From the NCBI GenBank assembly GCA_051439425.1, contig JBFRWD010000149.1:1-34294 (forward strand): a stretch of 34,294 nt of DNA. Direction: 5' to 3'. Source of the stretch: Synechococcus sp. (GTDB lineage: Bacteria; Cyanobacteriota; Cyanobacteriia; Thermostichales; PCC-7336). Position 1 is the stretch's first letter. Every line of letters starts with the position of its first letter. The position numbers were made by a program, and so were the translations under genes. Under the pieces are notes generated by a model that did no database searches, was not told where the DNA came from, and was given only the letters and a program-made list of their open reading frames with translations. This document shows, piece after piece, positions 17,710 to 27,500 of this stretch.

Positions 17710-19194
17710 TCATACGCAAACGGGATCTTCTGAATTTTCAGACTTTTCAGCTACTCCTAGCTCGAGCGCAGCCACTTCTCCTAAAGCTAAATCGAACGCA
17801 TCGAGATCGTCAGGCTCACTCGGTGTCCATACAAAGCAGTCCAAAAAGAGATCGGGAGCGAATACAGACTGTACGGCTTCAGGAAAAATAAGCGGTTCAC
17901 CAAGACTTAAGCCCCAAATGCTAGCGTCCTCATTCAGACCTATTCTTTCCTTGTATTCAGATAGGCTGCAATCGCAACCATTGACGTCGCTCTCTGCATC
18001 GAAAAGCTCGTCAGTATATTCGTAGGCATCTAAGACTTCAATTGACCCAATAATCCTATTGGGAGACCAAAAGTCCTCCTCTAAGCCGAGCTCATCCACA
18101 AAATTTTCGAGATGGGCATCTAACTCCCTGTTGATTTCTTCGTTATCGTTCCCAATATCAAGACGTCCTGTATTGTGCAGCAATAATTCTGAATTGACAT
18201 AACGAGGTAAAACTTCCTCTGTTAAAGGCACTGGAGTAACTGTGCATCTACCACTCAGCAATAGAAGAAGTGAAACATCATCAGTTGACAGAGTAAGATG
18301 TCTGGACAATCCACGCTTCATATAAGATGAAATTGATGCATAGTTGCTAAATTCCGAAAAGCGATCGTAAGCAGCTTGATAACGGGCAAGCAAATTGTCG
18401 CTTTTATAATTGTGCTGTGATTTTTCGGAAATTCCTTTCAGTGAACCTAAGAATGGTGAATTGTCAATGTTATGAAATCCAAGTCCAAAATTTCCACAAT
18501 ATTTGCGAAACTCTTTAAAGCCTGGAAGATCGTTCAGCGGTTCAAAGGATTCAACTGACATTCCCGTTCCAAATGCTTGGTAGTGATATCCTTCCTCTTC
18601 ACCAATCATTACTTCCTCAATCGTGAATCTCGACCAGAGAAAGTATTGTTTGGGACTACCCACACCCACTATTAAAAAGACAGTATCACCTCGTGAATCC
18701 TTGACAGCTCCTTTGCGAGTAGAGATTCCGCATGTCTGTAGCTGATTGTCTGAAATCTCATCTTCTTCGTAAATATCTAGAGATTGCTCTCCAGGCAAAT
18801 ACCCCAACCGTTCGAAGTTATGATACTGAACCCAATGCTTGATTCCGTCACGATGGTCACGGGGGGTTCTCACTGGAGTACGAACGTTACAGTTATACTC
18901 TGGATCCAGATTTTTTATCCAAGTCCCTTCCCTATCGAACAGGACTTCTTCTGAACATTTCTCAATTACTTCGAATTTAAAAACACCATGTATTCCCGGT
19001 CTTGTGACTCTCTTCTTGAGTCCATACTTTAAAAAAGCACTTCTTAGCGGATAGCTTCCCCGTTGAAGGACTTGGCTGCGATTGCGATCAAGCCCGTGAG
19101 TATGCTGCCCCCAACGTTTATAAATATGCTTCGACTGACCGATATAGAACTTCCCGTTCGTTGTATTGGTAATTCGATAGATACCACAGACCAT
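17710..19194 (-). CDS. GIY-YIG nuclease fused to putative PUA/EVE-like and ASCH-like domains
   Basis: About 494 aa (ATG 19194 or GTG 19203). N-terminal GIYRITNTTNGKFYIGQS..I.KRW.QH...FEVIE...RE..WI...YN is a clear GIY-YIG domain. The C-terminal LSTDDVSLLLLLSG...LLLH...IIGSIEVLDAY...WGLSLGEPLIFPEAV resembles ASCH (less certain). Confidence 0.8.
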   Translation of the reverse strand: MVCGIYRITNTTNGKFYIGQSKHIYKRWGQHTHGLDRNRSQVLQRGSYPLRSAFLKYGLKKRVTRPGIHGVFKFEVIEKCSEEVLFDREGTWIKNLDPEYNCNVRTPVRTPRDHRDGIKHWVQYHNFERLGYLPGEQSLDIYEEDEISDNQLQTCGISTRKGAVKDSRGDTVFLIVGVGSPKQYFLWSRFTIEEVMIGEEEGYHYQAFGTGMSVESFEPLNDLPGFKEFRKYCGNFGLGFHNIDNSPFLGSLKGISEKSQHNYKSDNLLARYQAAYDRFSEFSNYASISSYMKRGLSRHLTLSTDDVSLLLLLSGRCTVTPVPLTEEVLPRYVNSELLLHNTGRLDIGNDNEEINRELDAHLENFVDELGLEEDFWSPNRIIGSIEVLDAYEYTDELFDAESDVNGCDCSLSEYKERIGLNEDASIWGLSLGEPLIFPEAVQSVFAPDLFLDCFVWTPSEPDDLDAFDLALGEVAALELGVAEKSENSEDPVCV

Positions 19195-19450
19195 TTCCTG
19201 CACCTAACGTGACAATTCCCCGCAAAGAATATATTTAGTTTCAGAAAACTGTTCTTCATCCCTTTGAAAAGTTTCTCCGTCCTCAAAATGGAAGGGTTAA
19301 AGAAAATATTTCCTCTTGAGTCAATTTGCCCGTCGCTTGCCTCTATCTTCGCACTCCGAAGCATGAGTCTCTCGAACCCCACAGAATCTCACACAATCTG
19401 GGCACACTTTGGGCAATAAATATTTGATCGAGCTGCATAGCTCCCAACTC

Positions 19451-21415
19451 ATGCACCTGAATACCATCCTCGACCAGATCGATATGGGCAGCATTGCCCT
19501 CCCAGAATTCCAAAGAGGTTATGTCTGGAATCGCGATCAGGTGCGCAACCTTATGGCCTCTCTCTACCGAGGACATCCTGTCGGTAGCCTACTCGTCTGG
19601 GAAACCCAAACCGAACAAGTCATCGAACAAGCTCGCGGAAACGGAAATCTATCCGCAGGCACTGTCAAACTCCTCCTCGACGGCCAACAACGCATCACCT
19701 CTCTTTACGGCCTCATTCGTGGCAAAGCCCCAAAATTCTTTGACGGCAACCCCAAATCCTTCACTGGCCTCTACTTCAACCTCGAAGAAGAAACCTTTGC
19801 CTTCTACATGCCCACCCGTATGGAGGGCAACCCCCTTTGGATTAACGTCACTGAGCTAATGCAACAAGGCCTTGGAACTTTCGCACCAACATTAATTACA
19901 AATCCCGACCTTGCTCCAAAACTCAGCATTTACTTCGAACGCCTCAACGCAATCGACGCCATTAAAAAACGAGATTTTCACATAGAGGAAGTCACCGGTG
20001 CCGACAAAACAGTCGATGAAGTGGTCGATATCTTCAACAACGTCAACAGCGGAGGCACCAAGCTCTCTAAAGGCGACCTCGCCCTCGCCCGCATCTGCGC
20101 AGCTTGGCCCGAAGGCCGCGACGAACTCAAATCCCGCCTCGATCGCTGGAGCAAAGCCGGATTCAACTTTAAACTCGACTGGTTCCTCCGTTGCATCACC
20201 GCCGTCATCACTAACGAATCCCTCTTCTCCGCTCTCAAGGATGTCTCCACTGAACACTTCCAAGAGGGCCTGCATGAAACCGAGAGGTCAATTGACACTC
20301 TGCTCAACATTATTGCTTCCCGCCTCGGTCTCGATCACGATCGCGTCCTCGGTAGCGTCTATTCCTTCCCCCTCATGGCCCGCTACCTCGATCGATGCGG
20401 CGGCCATTTCCCAAACTCGCAAGAACGCGACCAACTCCTCTACTGGTACGTTCACAGCACTCTCTGGGGCCGCTACTCCGGCCAAACCGAATCCACCCTG
20501 CGCAAAGACCTAGCCGCGATCGACGGTCCCGACGGCAATCTCTCCCGCCTTATCGAACTCCTGCGACAAAACCGAGGCGATCTGCGAGTGAAACCCGAAG
20601 ACTTCAGTGGTTGGAGCATGGGCAACCGCTTCTACTCGATGCTGTACCTGCTCACCCGCGTTTGCCAAGCCCGTGACTGGGAAGACGACATTCCCCTCTC
20701 CAAGTACTTTTTGGGGGGCAATCTCTCCAATCTCGAAGTCCATCACATCTTCCCAAAGTCCAAGCTCTACGAGCACGGCTACAAAAAATCAGAAGTCAAC
20801 GCGATCGCCAACTTTACCTTCCTCACCAAAGAAACCAACATCAGGGTCTCCAACCGAGATCCAGCAGATTACTTTGCCTACTACGAAGCCAAACATCCCG
20901 GCACCATCGCATCCCACTGGATACCGATGGATCCAGAGCTGTGGACCTACGATAACTATCCTCAATTCCTCGCTGCCCGTCGTCAGCTGTTGGCCAAAGC
21001 CACCAACAAATTCCTTGACAGCCTCTATTCTGGAGCCATCTCCGAACCAGAGGCGGCCCCTTCTATCCTCGAACGCGAACCACTGAAATTCCCCAGCAAC
21101 ATAGCTAAAGACCGCGAAGAAAAACTGATTCGGGATTGCAACCAATGGGTTGTCTCGCAACAATTACCCTCCGGTGAAATGTCCTACCCGCTGACGGATT
21201 CGGACACTGGCGAAGAACTCGCCATCCTAGATTTGGCCTGGCCAAACGGCCTACAGCTTGGCCTCAGCCATCCTGTTGCTCTCCTAATCAATGAGGACAG
21301 CAACACTGAGGCGATCGCCAATCGAGCGGGCTACCGTTTCTTTACAACCGTTGAAAAATTCCAAGCTTACGTAAACAGAGAAATTCTTTCAGTACCAGAG
21401 GCAGTAAAAGTATGA
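19451..21415 (+). CDS. GmrSD-like DUF262/DUF1524 protein (putative type IV modification-dependent restriction endonuclease)
   Basis: About 654 aa from ATG 19451 (track start TTG 19409). DUF262 motifs LPEFQRGYVW, PVGSLLVW, LLDGQQRITSL and FNNVNSGGTKL; HNH-like DUF1524 motifs EVHHIFPKS and NAIANFTFL; plus an extra C-terminal domain. Confidence 0.88.
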   Translation: MHLNTILDQIDMGSIALPEFQRGYVWNRDQVRNLMASLYRGHPVGSLLVWETQTEQVIEQARGNGNLSAGTVKLLLDGQQRITSLYGLIRGKAPKFFDGNPKSFTGLYFNLEEETFAFYMPTRMEGNPLWINVTELMQQGLGTFAPTLITNPDLAPKLSIYFERLNAIDAIKKRDFHIEEVTGADKTVDEVVDIFNNVNSGGTKLSKGDLALARICAAWPEGRDELKSRLDRWSKAGFNFKLDWFLRCITAVITNESLFSALKDVSTEHFQEGLHETERSIDTLLNIIASRLGLDHDRVLGSVYSFPLMARYLDRCGGHFPNSQERDQLLYWYVHSTLWGRYSGQTESTLRKDLAAIDGPDGNLSRLIELLRQNRGDLRVKPEDFSGWSMGNRFYSMLYLLTRVCQARDWEDDIPLSKYFLGGNLSNLEVHHIFPKSKLYEHGYKKSEVNAIANFTFLTKETNIRVSNRDPADYFAYYEAKHPGTIASHWIPMDPELWTYDNYPQFLAARRQLLAKATNKFLDSLYSGAISEPEAAPSILEREPLKFPSNIAKDREEKLIRDCNQWVVSQQLPSGEMSYPLTDSDTGEELAILDLAWPNGLQLGLSHPVALLINEDSNTEAIANRAGYRFFTTVEKFQAYVNREILSVPEAVKV

Positions 21416-21575
21416 ATACAAGCTCAAAATTGATGAAAACCGAATAAAATCTGACTTCTCCTCCTCAGGCTGAACTTTTATTTCCCACTAGGACTATCGA
21501 TCTCTCCTCAATGCTTTTCTGAGCCTGCCGTCCAATCAAGGCGAACCTCCCAACCCTCGAACTTCCCTCGCGCTT

Positions 21576-24500
21576 ATGCTCCCGTCCATCGTCGCCACCG
21601 AACTCCGCCGCTGCGTGGCCGACTACCTCCGCACCACCTTTCGACCGACCACTCCCAGCTTCGAAACTTTAATCGAATCCTTCCTAGACAGAAACGAAAC
21701 CGAAGGCACCTACTGCAAAGGCCCTTACGTTTCCATCGGTCTCCCCTTCAGACAAGGTTCCGTCGGCTCCGGCTACTTCAAACAAATTCCCATGCAGTTC
21801 GCCCCTCACCTCCACCAGGAGCGAGCCTTCAACCTCCTCAGTCCCCCTTACTATCAGTCCACCCTGGTCGCCACCGGCACAGGCTCGGGTAAAACCGAAT
21901 GCTTCTTAATGCCCATCCTGGAACACTGCCGCCAAAATCCAGGCCCTGGCATCAAAGCCATCCTCATCTACCCGATGAATGCCCTCGCCACCGACCAATC
22001 CAAACGCATCGCCCAACTCATCCATCAATCTCGCTCCTTGCGCAACCAAGTCACAGCCGGACTCTACGTCGGAGAAAGCGACGAAGCTCCCAGCCCCAGC
22101 ATGACTCCCGACAAAGTCATCACAGACAAAAACACCATCCGCGAATCCCCCCCCGATCTCCTCCTCACTAACTACAAAATGCTGGATTACCTCCTCATCC
22201 AGCCCGAAACCCAATCGCTCTGGAACCACAACCAGCCTGAAACCCTGCGCTACATCGTCGTCGACGAATTCCATACCTTCGACGGAGCCCAAGGAACCGA
22301 CCTCGCCTGCCTCCTGCGTCGCCTCAAACACCGCCTCAACACTCCTCCCCAGCACCTAGCCTGCGTCGGCACTTCCGCCACCCTCGGCGGCGAATCCAAC
22401 CGCAAAGACATGCTGAAGTATGCCAGCGCTATCTTCAAAGAATCGTTTGACGAAACAGCCTTGATCGAAGAGGACCGCCTGACAGCCAGCGAATTTCTCG
22501 AAGATACCCTCCTCAATGTTCGTCCCCTTCCCGAGCCCGCCCACATCGATCGCCTTCGCCCCGAAACCTACACCACCCCAGAAGAATACGCGATCGCCCA
22601 AGCCAAGCTCTGGCTGCAAGATCTCGCCCCCACACTCCCCGAGGCTCAATCATTTCTAGAAGGTCAAGTCTCGCTCCCCCTGTCGGGTATTCCCCCAACT
22701 CTGGACGACAACTGGCGCATCCAATTGGGGATGCTCTTGATGAGCTTGCCGATGGTACAAAACCTCATCCGCCAGCTCAGCCAAGGCCCCACCTCCTACG
22801 AAGACCTCTGGTACACCCTGCGCCGCCGCTTCTATATCCCACCCAACGCAGACGAATCCTATCCCTTCCTACTTCTCGACAGCATTCTGGCTCTGATGGC
22901 ATCGGCCCGCCGCACCATTCAAAAACCAGATGGCAGCACCACCGTCTTGCCCTGGCTGCAACTACGCGTCCAAGTTTGGTTCCGTGAACTCAAGCGCATG
23001 GTGGCCACCGTCAAGCCAGATCCCCAACTGCAATTCTCCGACGACTTGCTCCATCACCAAGCCAAACACACTCTGCCCGTCGTCCACTGCCGCGACTGCG
23101 GTGCCACCGGTTGGGCTGGAGTCAAACCCAGCGAAAATCAACCCACTTTAGTCCCCAACGATCTCAGAAACTTTTATCGCGCCTTCTTCAGCCGCAGCCC
23201 CCTGGTCACCTTTGCTTTCCCCACCGGGGACTCCCCCCAAGGGCCGGATTTCCTCTACAAACTCTGCAGTAATTGTCTGCGCCTCAACCGCCGCAGTGCT
23301 GAAACCTGCGAAAGCTGCCACCACGAAGAACTTATCTCCGTCCGTGTTCCTCAGGTCGTGAGAGAAGAAAAGATGCGCAATGGTGACAAGCGCAATGTCT
23401 CCAGCAGCGACTGTCCCTTCTGCGGCAGCAGTAGCGGTCTCACCATCGTTGGAGCCCAAGCCGCTAGCCTCAGCAGTGCCATGGTCGGTACTCTATTCGC
23501 CACTTCCTTCAACAGTGACAAAAAACTCCTCACCTTCTCCGACTCCGTTCAAGACGCCGCCCACAGGGCCGGATTCTACGATGCCCGTACCTACCGCACC
23601 ACCCTTCGCACCGCCATCCACCACGCGATCGCAGATCTCCCCGATAATCTCAACTTGGCCGAACTCATTCACCACTTCCCCACCTATTGGCAGGGGCGTT
23701 TAAAAACCTCGGGAGATTACGCAGCAACCTTTCTCCCCACCGATATGGAATGGCTACGGGAATGGGACACATACGTTAGCGAAAATAAGGACGACCTCGA
23801 CCCCAATAGCAATCTGATCGAACTGGTTAACCAACGCCTGCAATGGGAAGTTACCAACCAATTCGGTCACCGTTCTGCTGTCGGTCCATCCTTGGAGCGC
23901 AGCGGAGCCTGTAGCGCAGCGTTCGATCCCTCTGTCCTGGCCGCTGCTAGCAAAGACCTGCATCAATACCTGTCGAACGAAATTGAAGCTTTAAGAGAGG
24001 TGGACGCAGAAGTCACCCGCCAGTATCTGTTAGGCCTACTTCACCACCTGCGTCAACGCGGTGGAATCTTACAAGAAGCCACCAAAGACTATATCGAACA
24101 AGGTGGGAATACCTTCATCCTCAATCGTCCGATTTTCATGCCGCCTATCGGGCCGCGCATCCCAACCCCCGTCTATCTAGCCGATGGTAAAGCCAATGCC
24201 GATCGGTTCGAGCGAGTGCTCCTTCCCGAACGACGCGCCAGCTGGAGCGAGAACTGGACCTACCGTTGCTTTTCTAGCAAAAGCTTGCTGTTGAAAGAAC
24301 AAATAGCCGACATCCTATCTCAGACTCTGGCAATACTCGGCAAAGTGGGATTGCTGGAGAGTCGCCCCTGTAATAACGGTCGAGCGTGGGGAATTCCTCC
24401 CAAAGCCATCTCCGTTGCAATCGGCGGCACCGTGCTCGCCTGCGATCGCTGCCGTCACCAACTTACAGCCCACAACCACGAGCTAGATAGCCTTCAAGGC

Positions 24501-27500
24501 TCTAACTGCTTGACCAAACACTGCACAGGTCGCTACCAACCCAACGACAATGCCGCCCTTGCCTACTACCGAGAGCTCTACCGCACGGGCCAGGTCCAAC
24601 GCATCGTCGCTGCAGAACATACCGGGCTCCTGACCCGTCCCAATCGGGAGCGGCTCGAACAACAGTTCATCCACGGTCATCGCCGCTGCGATCCCAACCT
24701 ACTCTCCGCCACCTCCACCCTGGAAATGGGGATCGACATCGGCGATCTCTCCAGCGTTCTTCTCTGCTCGGTACCGCCAGCTCCCGCCAACTTCCAACAA
24801 CGAATCGGACGAGCGGGACGACGTGATGGTAACGCTCTCGTAGGCACCGTCGCTAACGGAACCCCACACGATCTCTTCTTTTACTCCGATCCGAAAGACC
24901 GCATGCTGGAGGGAGCGGTGGATGCTGCCGGTTGCTATCTGGATGCTTCCGCGATCCTGCAACGACAACTCACTGCTTTTTGCCTCGATAACTGGATTCA
25001 AACGGGCATCGATCGCATCGCCATCCCTCACAAGCTTTCGGATGTCCTCAATGCCATCGAGAAAAACGCTCGAGAACGATTTCCCCATAACTGGCTAACA
25101 TTTATCGGCGATCGCCAAGCGGAGCTATTCGAGAAATTTATTGCTTTATTCTCTGAGGACATTGAAGAACGCACCCAACAAAACCTCCGTCTGTTTATCG
25201 AGCGGGGTCTGGAAGATGAAGGAAGTCTCCGCTGGCGCATTCTCAACCGGTTGGAAGGAGTGCGAACCGAACGAACTCGTTTGAGCAGCACCATCAATAG
25301 CCTGCGTAAGAAAATCAAAGGCCGCAAAGAACAGCCCGAAGCCCTTCAGAATGAAGAACAGCTAGACAATCTCGAGCGAGAACTGGCAGGATTTCGAGGC
25401 TTGATGCGAGATCTGAACGGGAAACGATTGCTGAATTTCCTGACGGACGAAGGACTTTTACCCAACTACGCCTTTCCCGAAGCTGGTGTCACCTTGCGCT
25501 CCATCATCTGGCGACAAAAGCAGACGACTGAACGTGACAACGGTAAGAAGTACGAGACTTTCACCCTCACTTACGAACGCCCAGGCGCGATCGCCATCAA
25601 GGAGCTGGTCCCCAGCGGCGTGTTCTATGCAGAAGGTCGCCGAGTCAAAATTGACCAAGTCGATTTACGACTGTCAGAACCAGAAGACTGGCGCATTTGC
25701 CGCAACTGCTCGTTTTCCACCCAAGCGTTTACGTCTGCAGGTAAGTCAAAAACCTGTCCCCGTTGCGGCGACACCATGTGGTCCGATCGCGGTCGGGTAC
25801 GCCGCATGATGCGGCTGCGGCAAGTAATGGCCTCCAATGCCGATCGCAAAAGTCGCTTTGGTGACGACAGCGACGATCGCGCGACCTCCTTTTTTCAACG
25901 CCAACTCCTTGTCGATTTCGAGCCAGAATACCGAGATCGAACCTATGCCATCGCCGACAAAGACTTCCCCTTTGGCTTCGAATACATTTCCCGCACCAAT
26001 TTTCGGGAAATCAACTTTGGCGAACCCCAAGGAGTTGGGGAATCTTTCGATGTCGCCGGTCACAAGATGAAAGTGCACGGATTCCAGGTGTGCAACCGCT
26101 GTGGCAAAGTGATGCGTAGCAAAAATCCGACAGCAGACGATCACACCATCAGCTGCAGCATGCGCAATAAACCCGATCGGGCAAAGGCGATCGAGGCCTT
26201 ATTTCTCTTCCGAGAGTTTGAGTCGGAATCCTTGCGTTTTCTAATGCCGGACGAACAGTTCTGGTCCAACAGGGGTCTTCACTCTTTCCTGGCGTCTCTC
26301 CAATTGGGTCTCAAAGAACTGTTTTCAGGAAAAGTGGACCACCTGAAAACCTGCATTAGCGAAGAACCCCAGCCCAATTCACCCGTCCGCAAGCGATTTC
26401 TCTACCTGTACGACAGCGTGCCGGGAGGCACAGGATATCTCAACCAGCTAGTTCGAAATCCCTCAAAATTACGGGAAGTCTTCGAACAATCCCTCTCGAG
26501 ACTGAGCAGCTGTACATGTGAGGACGGCTGCTACAACTGTCTGTTCGCCTATCGCAACAGCTTTGATTTAGATGAAACAAGTCGCAAGCAAGGGATCGAG
26601 CTACTCTCCTCCATTCTCAATCACTGGGGCGATCTTCAAGAAACCTCCGCAGGACTCTCCGCAATTCGAGTCGATTCCAATCTCGAAAGCGAGCTCGAGC
26701 GCAAATTTCTCGAAGCTATCCGCCGTTACAAAGGAACAATCTACGACGGCGAGCCCCCGAAGCTACGCAAAGAAATTATTGAAGGAAAAGCTGGCTACTA
26801 TCTCCGGATCGGTGATTCCGCTTGGACGATTGAAACTCAGGCACTTCTAGGCGAAAGAGAAGGGGTGAGCATTCCTTCTCGAGCTTATTTTCTGATCCGC
26901 CCTGCTTCTGGCAGGCTCGAAAGCAAGCCAATCGCAGTCTTCAGCGACGGTTGGGAGTACCACCGAGATCGCATCCATCAAGACCTCAAGCAAAGATTGG
27001 CCATCCAACGCAGCAGTAACTACCTGATTTGGTCTCTTTCTTGGGATGACATCGAGGAGCAACTGGAACCTCAAACCAGCATCTCCAGAATCGACTGCTT
27101 GAATTGCAAGTTATTTTCCAAGTTTCGCCAAAACCCCGATTCGGTCTATCGCCAGTACAACTGTGATTTAGCCAAGCTTACCGATGCCCAAAGCTTTGAG
27201 TGGCTGATGCAGTATCTTGCCGCTCCCGATGAAGGACAGTGGCAGCGCTGGGCTTTACTGAGAACTTACGCTCAAGCTGACCCTAGTTCCCTCAATAATC
27301 CTCAGCAGAAGTCAGCTTGGCAGTCAGAACTTGCAAACCTTATCGGTGCCAATTGTCTGGATTGTTGGACAGTGCCTGAGAAGGGACTCTTCACCAAGCT
27401 CCAACCCGATACAGGCCTAACAATTTGGCATGGGATTGATCCTAATCGTCATAAATCCCAGGATTGCGAAGGAAGTCTAGTCGCAATCGCGCTCAAGGAT

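Noticed and set aside
19494..26850. Alternative-frame ORFs within the DUF262 and YprA genes
   Set aside because: They are P/S/T-rich shadows of C-ending codons with no independent motifs.
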